Position numbers and translations under genes: made by a program. A stretch of DNA of 24,272 bases, from positions 1 through 24,272 of the IMG/VR virus record IMGVR_UViG_3300025276_000209. The stretch is one strand, 5' to 3'. The notes under the pieces were generated by a model that saw nothing but the letters and a program-made list of their open reading frames with translations, made no database searches and was not told the DNA's origin. This stretch comes from a virus (lineage: Duplodnaviria > Caudoviricetes). Below are positions 18,724-24,272 of the stretch, one piece after another (position 1 is the stretch's first letter; every line of letters starts with the position of its first letter).

Positions 18724-18879
18724 TTATTTTGTATAAGGGAATACCTCGTTTAATTTTTCTTTTCGCTTTGAACAACCACAGGGTTTTCCTGTAACGGACG
18801 CTACTGCTTCAACAACTCTTTTAATTCCTGTAGCAGTTGTAATTTTTTCAATTGTGTCTCCGAGTCCTGTTGATTCCAT
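18724..18879 (-). CDS. 51-aa GLGD/CGC-motif protein
   Basis: MESTGLGDTIEKITTATGIKRVVEAVASVTGKPCGCSKRKEKLNEVFPYTK; tiles tightly between its neighbours. Confidence 0.75.
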   Translation of the reverse strand: MESTGLGDTIEKITTATGIKRVVEAVASVTGKPCGCSKRKEKLNEVFPYTK

Positions 18880-18882
18880 TAT

Positions 18883-19035
18883 TTATTTTTTACAAGCACA
18901 TATTTTACTTGGGCATTCTTTATTAGTAATAGTTAAAGCTAACATCAAAGCTAACATTAATTTATTCCATTTACATACCACAACACAGTTAAGTGCTATT
19001 ATTTTATTTCCTAACCAAACAAATCCTTTCCCCAT
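18883..19035 (-). CDS. 50-aa Cys-rich hydrophobic protein
   Basis: MGKGFVWLGNKIIALNCVVVCKWNKLMLALMLALTITNKECPSKICACKK; TAATG coupling to the upstream gene. Confidence 0.62.
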   Translation of the reverse strand: MGKGFVWLGNKIIALNCVVVCKWNKLMLALMLALTITNKECPSKICACKK

Positions 19036-19184
19036 TATGCGTTTCTTCTTCCGGCTGCAGCTTTAGCTGCCATACCTCTTTTACCATATTTATTTGCACC
19101 GATAGTGTAAGCAATCTTTTTAGCAGCCGTCTCTGACTTGCCATCAGCCATAAGCTTACTAACTAATCTTTTGAACTTACTCAT
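19035..19184 (-). CDS. 49-aa basic helical protein
   Basis: MSKFKRLVSKLMADGKSETAAKKIAYTIGANKYGKRGMAAKAAAGRRNA; ATG directly abuts the upstream TAG. Confidence 0.72.
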   Translation of the reverse strand: MSKFKRLVSKLMADGKSETAAKKIAYTIGANKYGKRGMAAKAAAGRRNA

Positions 19185-19373
19185 CTAATGTTTGTGAACC
19201 TTTAAGTTGTTGTGGTGATAAGGCATTGACTTATCTGCTGAGTACTTTCTTTTACCCATTGACTTAGACATTCCTTCTGACTCGTTTCTACGAGACTTTA
19301 ATGATTGTCCTGTTTTTCCGTTTCTTGCTCCTAGAGATTCATTTAATCTAGAGTTGTATCCTTGGTGTGCCAT
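19185..19373 (-). CDS. 62-aa basic protein
   Basis: ORF track; K/R/S-rich; has its own TATCTTTG promoter. Confidence 0.7.
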   Translation of the reverse strand: MAHQGYNSRLNESLGARNGKTGQSLKSRRNESEGMSKSMGKRKYSADKSMPYHHNNLKVHKH

Positions 19374-19388
19374 AATATTTTTTTTTAT

Positions 19389-19404
19389 TGTTCTACAAAG
19401 ATAG
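19389..19404 (-). promoter_or_regulatory. TATCTTTG promoter
   Basis: TATCTTTG at 19403-19396, 22 nt upstream of the ATG at 19373. Confidence 0.72.
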
Positions 19405-19417
19405 TAAAATTTTTAAT

Positions 19418-19672
19418 TTATTTTTTTGACTTGGCTCCTGAACATTTCCATCTCTTACGAGATAAGTTGTTAGGGGTGTTTGGGTCGTTCTGTTTTTTCT
19501 TAGATAGTCTTTTCTTAATACCTAAGCTTCTAGCACAGTAACTATCTCCCTTAGATGTACCCGGCTTTACTCTAGGTCCACCTTTCTTAGCCTTACCTGC
19601 TTGACCGTAGCTAACTCGTTTACCTGTTGAGGTGACTTTAACCTTAGCTTTGCCCTTGCGTGGTTTTGCCAT
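19418..19672 (-). CDS. 84-aa highly basic protein
   Basis: RVSYGQ...PGTSKGDSYCARS...DPNTPNNLSRKRWKC; Lys/Arg-rich. Confidence 0.75.
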   Translation of the reverse strand: MAKPRKGKAKVKVTSTGKRVSYGQAGKAKKGGPRVKPGTSKGDSYCARSLGIKKRLSKKKQNDPNTPNNLSRKRWKCSGAKSKK

Positions 19673-19800
19673 TACTTTTTCTTCTTAGGCATTGTATGTG
19701 AATAACCTTTAGCCTTTAAGCTTAAATGGTCCTTCATAGTTTTAGCTACTTTCTTTAATCCCGTTTTACTGTACATATTATGTACTTTAAATTTTGCCAT
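19672..19800 (-). CDS. 42-aa basic protein
   Basis: MAKFKVHNMYSKTGLKKVAKTMKDHLSLKAKGYSHTMPKKKK; TAATG overlaps at both ends. Confidence 0.7.
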   Translation of the reverse strand: MAKFKVHNMYSKTGLKKVAKTMKDHLSLKAKGYSHTMPKKKK

Positions 19801-19868
19801 TAGTATGTTCTTTTTGGTTTTGGTTTTGGTTTTGGTTTTCTTAAAACCTTTTTTTTCTTTGTCTTCAT
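19800..19868 (-). CDS. 22-aa polybasic peptide MKTKKKKVLRKPKPKPKPKRTY
   Basis: Starts 1 nt after the upstream stop and is TAATG-coupled downstream. Confidence 0.58.
   Translation of the reverse strand: MKTKKKKVLRKPKPKPKPKRTY
19812..19839. repeat. (TTTTGG)4 tandem repeat
   Basis: Seen directly; encodes KPKPKPKP on the minus strand. Confidence 0.85.
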
Positions 19869-19869
19869 A

Positions 19870-20181
19870 TTACATTCCTATATTTCGTTTCTTCCTTTTG
19901 TTTGTTCTTCGTCTCTTTCTTCTTTGACTAGAAGTTTCTTTATTAGGGTCTTTTGGTTTCTTTTTAAAAATACCTTTAACAAAACCTACTGCCTGCTTAA
20001 CTTCTGTTTTAACAAATTTTCCTGCTTTATTAGCTTCAATCTTTGCCGCCTCAAGTTTAGCTGCTGCGTCAGCCTTAATCTTTGCATACTTAGCAGCCTT
20101 CAACTTCTTTGCAAGTTTATCAGCTTGTAGCGTAATACAAGCTTTCTTTGCGTCACCTTTTAATTTTGAACAATCTGCCAT
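19870..20181 (-). CDS. 103-aa Lys/Ala-rich protein with an Arg-rich tail
   Basis: N-terminal CSKLKGDAKKAC; C-terminal RRKRRRTNKRKKR. Confidence 0.7.
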   Translation of the reverse strand: MADCSKLKGDAKKACITLQADKLAKKLKAAKYAKIKADAAAKLEAAKIEANKAGKFVKTEVKQAVGFVKGIFKKKPKDPNKETSSQRRKRRRTNKRKKRNIGM

Positions 20182-20187
20182 ATCTAT

Positions 20188-20313
20188 TTATTTACCACAC
20201 TTAGCGTAAACGCTATTTGCTATTTGTTTATTAGATGGAAGTCCATACTTCTCAGGCTTCCCTTTCATTACTTTACTTGCTGCCGTGAAATACGGTTTTG
20301 GTTTTGAGTGCAT
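20188..20313 (-). CDS. 41-aa basic protein
   Basis: MHSKPKPYFTAASKVMKGKPEKYGLPSNKQIANSVYAKCGK; tiles between its neighbours. Confidence 0.65.
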   Translation of the reverse strand: MHSKPKPYFTAASKVMKGKPEKYGLPSNKQIANSVYAKCGK

Positions 20314-20314
20314 A

Positions 20315-20497
20315 TTATTTTTTCTTTTTGATTAGTGATTTCTTTTTCTTTTCTGCTAATTTTAATGCTGCTACTTTTCTGTCAATGACTTTCATCTTAG
20401 CATTAAAAATAGAATCTGATTTCTTTAACTTTAATTCATATGCTCTACTTTCTTGACATTGTTTTAAACTACGTCCTGTTAATCCTTTACAACTCAT
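20315..20497 (-). CDS. 60-aa Lys-rich protein
   Basis: N-terminal CKGLTGRSLKQC; poly-Lys C-terminus. Confidence 0.68.
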   Translation of the reverse strand: MSCKGLTGRSLKQCQESRAYELKLKKSDSIFNAKMKVIDRKVAALKLAEKKKKSLIKKKK

Positions 20498-20499
20498 AA

Positions 20500-20625
20500 T
20501 TATTTTTTCTTTATAGTTTTAATTTTACCATTTGTTGTTCTAGCATATGTGTGAGTCTTAGTCTCCCTTATAAAAGTTCCACTATACCTCTTGCCTCCGT
20601 ACATCCAACTTACTGTCTTTGCCAT
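20500..20625 (-). CDS. 41-aa basic beta-type protein
   Basis: MAKTVSWMYGGKRYSGTFIRETKTHTYARTTNGKIKTIKKK; TAATG-coupled. Confidence 0.7.
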   Translation of the reverse strand: MAKTVSWMYGGKRYSGTFIRETKTHTYARTTNGKIKTIKKK

Positions 20626-20933
20626 TATGCTCTATATGATTTACGACCTTTTTTTCTATTCAGTTTTGTTACCGAACCAAGTCTTGTACCTCCAAAGTTT
20701 AATTGCGTTGAACTTGAAACCTTTCGTGGTCCTTTGTCTTTTGGTTTATTTTTTGTTACTTTCTTAGCGGCAAACTTAGGGTCGTCTAAATTTACATTAC
20801 TTTTCTTAAGATTTTCTAATAGTGCTTTTTTAGCTGCTGCCTTTTTTTCTGCTGCTGCTTTATCTGCTGCTATTTTTCTTTTCTTTGCTGCGGCTGCTTC
20901 GGCTGCTTTCTTTTTTTCTGCGTCTGTTGGCAT
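20625..20933 (-). CDS. 102-aa Lys/Ala-rich protein (histone H1-like composition)
   Basis: AEKKKAAEAAAAKK...KAAAEKKAAAKK repeats; first gene after the promoter at 20953-20960. Confidence 0.7.
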   Translation of the reverse strand: MPTDAEKKKAAEAAAAKKRKIAADKAAAEKKAAAKKALLENLKKSNVNLDDPKFAAKKVTKNKPKDKGPRKVSSSTQLNFGGTRLGSVTKLNRKKGRKSYRA

Positions 20934-20941
20934 AAATAATA

Positions 20942-20960
20942 TATCTTTGTAGCAAAGTTA
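20942..20960. promoter_or_regulatory. Face-to-face TAnnTTTG promoter pair
   Basis: TATCTTTG on + (20942-20949) and TAACTTTG on - (20960-20953), 3 nt apart, in the 41-nt gap between divergent genes. Confidence 0.68.
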
Positions 20961-20974
20961 CAAAATTTAATTGA

Positions 20975-21406
20975 ATGCATAATTATTTAAAGTATTGGCG
21001 AGTAGTTCGTTATTTTATAAAAGCAAAGTACGGACTATCACAAGCAGACCTAGATGTGTTACTGTTCTTGTCATCAGAGAAATATTTTTCTAAGAATGAT
21101 TTTGATGAGTTTGATGAATTGCTAAGTTGGGATAAGAATAGGTTTGAGGACCTACGAACAAAAGGTTGGATAGAAGTATTCAGAAAACGTACCGGAACGA
21201 ATAAAGCTATATATCAATTGTCTTATAAAAGTATGAGAGTAATTGATTCTATATATAAGAAACTAGAAGGCGAAGAGATTCCTGAGAGTCCCTCCACCAA
21301 TCCTATGTTTTTAAAGAATGTTTCATACACCGATAAGGTATACCGAAACTATATTAAAGAAATGAATAAGTTTATAAAACAACAACGACATCTCTCTCAG
21401 AAATAA
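20975..21406 (+). CDS. MarR-like winged-helix DNA-binding protein
   Basis: 143 aa; YGLSQADLDVLLFL...LRTKGWIEV...YQLSYKS resembles the MarR pattern; only credible plus-strand gene. Confidence 0.65.
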   Translation: MHNYLKYWRVVRYFIKAKYGLSQADLDVLLFLSSEKYFSKNDFDEFDELLSWDKNRFEDLRTKGWIEVFRKRTGTNKAIYQLSYKSMRVIDSIYKKLEGEEIPESPSTNPMFLKNVSYTDKVYRNYIKEMNKFIKQQRHLSQK

Positions 21407-21629
21407 CAGTATACTGTTCTCCCTTGATAATCATTGTGTACCCTGCTCTTGAATCATAAAAGATTACATCTTCCGAATCAATAACACTAACATCCGTTCC
21501 GGGTGCTATTACTTTTCCTTTCTTATATCTAATGTCAAGTGCATCTGCTGCAGAAAGTAATAAACCTGATTCAGTTTTTACCTCTTCTTTTATTTGACTT
21601 ATCACTATGTACTTTCCTATTGGTTTCAT
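21372..21629 (-). CDS. groES: Co-chaperonin GroES (Cpn10)
   Basis: 85 aa; MKPIGKYIVI, mobile loop EVKTESGLLL, GKVIAPG, GEQYTVISERDVVVVL. Confidence 0.9.
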   Translation of the reverse strand: MKPIGKYIVISQIKEEVKTESGLLLSAADALDIRYKKGKVIAPGTDVSVIDSEDVIFYDSRAGYTMIIKGEQYTVISERDVVVVL

Positions 21630-21781
21630 ATCTCTTTATAAATTACAATCATTTCAACATTACAGTCTTCGTTTTGACAACTGTAGTTAGACACTATACC
21701 ATCTCCTTCTAAGCCGTGTGCCTCGTTGTCATCATCGCCACCCCATATTAACTCTTCTTCGCAAAAATTACATTTAATCAT
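21626..21781 (-). CDS. 51-aa acidic Zn-ribbon-like protein
   Basis: MIKCNFCEEELIWGGDDDNEAHGLEGDGIVSNYSCQNEDCNVEMIVIYKEI; CxxC...Cx4C; ATGA overlap with groES. Confidence 0.72.
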   Translation of the reverse strand: MIKCNFCEEELIWGGDDDNEAHGLEGDGIVSNYSCQNEDCNVEMIVIYKEI

Positions 21782-21864
21782 TGTTCTTCTTTATATATTT
21801 GAAAAAGCACAACGAGGAATACAAACAAACATATAAACCCCATATATACAAAATCTCCTATCAT
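21778..21864 (-). CDS. 28-aa single-TM micropeptide
   Basis: MIGDFVYMGFICLFVFLVVLFQIYKEEQ; ATGA overlaps at both ends. Confidence 0.6.
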   Translation of the reverse strand: MIGDFVYMGFICLFVFLVVLFQIYKEEQ

Positions 21865-21986
21865 TCGCTTTTGTCTTTCTTTTCTAGAAATATCTTATAT
21901 CCATTCTCTTCTAATAGTTGGATAGCTTGATTTATTTTTAATTCTTCCAATCTGTAATGCTCAAAAATTTCATTATATATTGCCAT
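21861..21986 (-). CDS. 41-aa hypothetical protein
   Basis: MAIYNEIFEHYRLEELKINQAIQLLEENGYKIFLEKKDKSE; A-rich leader; ATGA overlap downstream. Confidence 0.68.
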   Translation of the reverse strand: MAIYNEIFEHYRLEELKINQAIQLLEENGYKIFLEKKDKSE

Positions 21987-22000
21987 AGTTTAAAAATTTA

Positions 22001-22058
22001 ATGGGTGCTCTGTATTGCTCCGCAACGACCAAGTTTAAAAGCTAGCAGTTACACCCAT
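22001..22058 (-). ncRNA. Possible structured RNA element after groEL
   Basis: ATGGGTG/CACCCAT 7-bp closing stem, inner TTGC-GGA-GCAA hairpin and a CTTTTAA loop. Confidence 0.3.
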
Positions 22059-22060
22059 AG

Positions 22061-23665
22061 TTAGTCTTGGTCTTGATATGTTCTCGCCATTGTTATAATA
22101 GCGTTAGTTGATAGAATAGTTGCTGCTACTGATACCGCATTCTCTAGTGCTGACTTAGTAACTTTCAATGGGTCTATAATTCCCATTAGATACATATCTC
22201 CCCATTTCTTTTTCCTTACATCATAACCATCGTTGTATCTCACTTTAGATGCCTCGTACTGTCCTTCATATTTAATTCCTGCATTCTCCCATATCTGAAA
22301 CATAGGAGCACGAAGTGCTCTCGCTAAAATTTCTTGAGCAACAGTTACCTCATCATTTAAGAAAGTTAATCTATGTGCTTCTTGGTATAGAGCAGTTCCA
22401 CCTCCGGGAATAATTCCTTCTTCCAAAGCTGAACGTACTGCACATACTGCATCATCAATCCTGTCGTATAACTCTTTCTGTTCTAAGTCTGTCTGACCTC
22501 CAACATATATTACACCAACACCTCCGGTTAGCGAAGCGATACGGCTAAGGATAAACTCAGCATTACCTTTATTGTGTTCTCTAGAATGTGCTTCCTTTAG
22601 TTCGTTTACTCTAGCGTCAATCAAACCTTCATCGTCATAGTTGTTGTCTTTTACGATAACAGTATGCTCTCTCCCTACAATAACTTTCGCTGCGTGACCT
22701 AAATCTTTCTCAGTCATTAAGCTTAAGTCATCTCCTGTCTTCTCACTAAAGTAAGTAGCACCAACACTAATAGCAATGTCCTGCATTAACTCGTGTGACT
22801 TATATCCAAACGAAGGAACACCTATCGTACAAAGCTTTAGTTTGTTTTTCATAACGTTAGCAGCTAAGGTATTAACTACCTGTGAACTCGTTGGTGCTAT
22901 GATTAACAGTTTCTTGTGGTCTTGTATAATAGGTTTTAGTACGTTCTCTATGTTAAGTAAGTTGTCGATAGGTGCATCACATACAAGGATTTGAACATCC
23001 TCTAGTATACACTCATCATTCTTTTGGTGATTAACAAACAAAGGACTCTCATATCCCCTGTCTATTTTTAATCCACTCGTAGACTCATAGTAAGTCTCTG
23101 AGGTTTGTGAACGGTCAACAGTTACTAAACCTGTTGGTCCAACCTGCTTATATACGTCAGCAATTATTTTTCCTAACTTCTTATCGTTGTTCGCTGATAC
23201 TGTTGCTACATCTCTAAGTCTTTGCTCAGTAACTTTCCTTGAGTTCTTCTTAAGGTTCTTTACCACAATGTTAGTCTCATTAACCAACTCACGAAGTATC
23301 TCAGTCTTGTTGAGGTCCTTAGTAATTAGTTCGTCTCCTGATTTTACAATCGCTTCAGTTAAAACAATGGCAGTCGTTGTACCGTCACCGGCTGATGAAG
23401 CAGTTCTATCCGCTGCCTCTTTCATCATCTGCACCGCAAGGTGCTCGGTTGGGTCTATCAATGCTACTGCCTTTGCTACCGTAACTCCATCTTTGGTAAC
23501 AGTAATTCCGTGTGTATGGTGTGGGGATTCAATCAATACAGTTTGACCGGATGGTCCTAACGTAGACTTAACTGCGTTTGCTATTGTAGTGATTCCTTTA
23601 AATAGTTTCTTTCTACCCTCGTCCTCGAAGAGTAAATTTTTCGGAGTATAACCGATTTCAGACAT
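22061..23665 (-). CDS. groEL: Phage-encoded chaperonin GroEL (Cpn60)
   Basis: AVKSTLGPSG, TKDGVTVAK, AGDGTTTA, DAVCAVRSALEEGIIPGGG, GIIDPLKV; start placed at the ATG at 23665 (MSEIGY), downstream of the promoter box. Confidence 0.95.
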   Translation of the reverse strand: MSEIGYTPKNLLFEDEGRKKLFKGITTIANAVKSTLGPSGQTVLIESPHHTHGITVTKDGVTVAKAVALIDPTEHLAVQMMKEAADRTASSAGDGTTTAIVLTEAIVKSGDELITKDLNKTEILRELVNETNIVVKNLKKNSRKVTEQRLRDVATVSANNDKKLGKIIADVYKQVGPTGLVTVDRSQTSETYYESTSGLKIDRGYESPLFVNHQKNDECILEDVQILVCDAPIDNLLNIENVLKPIIQDHKKLLIIAPTSSQVVNTLAANVMKNKLKLCTIGVPSFGYKSHELMQDIAISVGATYFSEKTGDDLSLMTEKDLGHAAKVIVGREHTVIVKDNNYDDEGLIDARVNELKEAHSREHNKGNAEFILSRIASLTGGVGVIYVGGQTDLEQKELYDRIDDAVCAVRSALEEGIIPGGGTALYQEAHRLTFLNDEVTVAQEILARALRAPMFQIWENAGIKYEGQYEASKVRYNDGYDVRKKKWGDMYLMGIIDPLKVTKSALENAVSVAATILSTNAIITMARTYQDQD

Positions 23666-23687
23666 ATGATTTAATTTAGATTTAAAA

Positions 23688-23695
23688 CAAAGGTA
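23688..23695 (-). promoter_or_regulatory. TACCTTTG -7 box for the groEL operon
   Basis: 22 nt upstream of the ATG at 23665. Confidence 0.7.
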
Positions 23696-23777
23696 CACTA
23701 TTTTTATAACTTGTTACTATTGTAGCTATGTCTAAATTTTGTCTAAATGTTATTATGTATTTTTATTGTTCCTCTAT

Positions 23778-23798
23778 AGAGAGAGAGAGAGAGAGAGA
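23778..23798. repeat. (AG)10 microsatellite
   Basis: 21-nt AG run; its start overlaps the palindrome CTCTATAGAG (23772-23781). Confidence 0.9.
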
Positions 23799-23862
23799 AC
23801 TACTTTATTTCTTCTTAAGACTTTTGAACTTTAAAATCAACATTTTCAACATTAGTATTGAT

Positions 23863-23875
23863 AATCAGATAGTTA
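23863..23875 (+). promoter_or_regulatory. IHF-like binding site
   Basis: AATCAG-ATAG-TTA matches WATCAR-N4-TTR. Confidence 0.45.
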
Positions 23876-23943
23876 GATAAAATTAAATAACATTTAATCA
23901 ACATCGATATGTTAAAAGGTTAACATAGTAGTTGGGTATAGAT

Positions 23944-23973
23944 AAAAAAAAAAGGACACCTATCAAGTATCCT
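23944..23973 (-). terminator. Rho-independent terminator after the 64-aa ORF
   Basis: Minus strand AGGATAC-N7-GTGTCCT (one G-U pair) followed by a T run. Confidence 0.65.
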
Positions 23974-24002
23974 CTCTTTAAAATCAATCAATCAAATCAA
24001 TA

Positions 24003-24197
24003 TTACATTCTATAGAAACCTTTACGTCCCTCGGCTAACTCTATTCCGTCAGCAATCATATCTACTTTCTTTGCACGGTGCATCATACTTCTTACGTTAG
24101 CTGCTTGTTGGATTCCGGATACTCCGTCTCTTCTGTCGTTTATTAATCTGCCGTCTTTAACCTCAAGACCGCCCATACTTTGATATTTCATTTTCAT
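24003..24197 (-). CDS. Hypothetical protein, 64 aa
   Basis: ORF flanked by its own promoter and terminator. Confidence 0.7.
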   Translation of the reverse strand: MKMKYQSMGGLEVKDGRLINDRRDGVSGIQQAANVRSMMHRAKKVDMIADGIELAEGRKGFYRM

Positions 24198-24217
24198 AAT
24201 GTTCGATGTTTAAAACA

Positions 24218-24225
24218 CAAAGATA
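24218..24225 (-). promoter_or_regulatory. TATCTTTG -7 box
   Basis: 20 nt upstream of the ATG at 24197. Confidence 0.68.
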
Positions 24226-24272
24226 CGAAAAAAATTTTATTAGTTATATGTAGTGTTTGGGTAATACAATAC

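Noticed and set aside
22001-22058. Canonical functional tRNA gene
   Set aside because: Only 58 nt, with no D arm, no TTCRA loop and a weak anticodon stem; kept only as a tRNA-like finding
330-23546. Other plus-strand ORFs (330, 1022, 6030, 9385, 13867, 15285, 18206, 18854, 19924, 20551, 22776, 23187) and the nested minus ORFs at 8206 and 9082
   Set aside because: Antisense to, or nested within, well-supported genes, and without promoters
23666-23698. ORF-track N-terminal extension of GroEL
   Set aside because: It overlaps the -7 promoter box; the ATG at 23665 has a typical A-rich leader
1-24272. Stop-codon reassignment as in some crAss-like phages
   Set aside because: Long genes are intact under the standard code, and TAG and TGA serve as plausible stops (e.g. 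10331, 19185, 9750)

Overview
An AT-rich segment of a tailed dsDNA phage genome, almost entirely on the minus strand. The host is probably Bacteroidota (Flavobacteriia-like), judged from ten TAnnTTTG promoter boxes and A-rich, Shine-Dalgarno-free leaders. In transcription order (right to left) it holds: a 64-aa ORF; a ~300-bp non-coding region with an (AG)10 tract, repeats and an IHF-like site; a phage groEL, three ATGA-coupled micro-ORFs and groES; the only plus-strand gene (MarR-like winged helix), behind face-to-face promoters; a dense array of 12 tiny, mostly Lys/Arg-rich ORFs, seven of them absent from the ORF track; a lysis cassette (2-TM holin-like, amidase, 3-TM holin); modular fibre genes including a 173-triplet proline-poor collagen; a second, tandem two-domain GroES-like gene; and the packaging/head module (putative TerS, TerL, portal, scaffold, major capsid) followed by further structural genes. 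The best candidates for new biology are the chaperonin system with two distinct co-chaperonins, the basic micro-protein array with its regulator and promoter switch, and a tRNA-Lys-like fold after groEL. All assignments come from motif recognition and synteny, not database searches.
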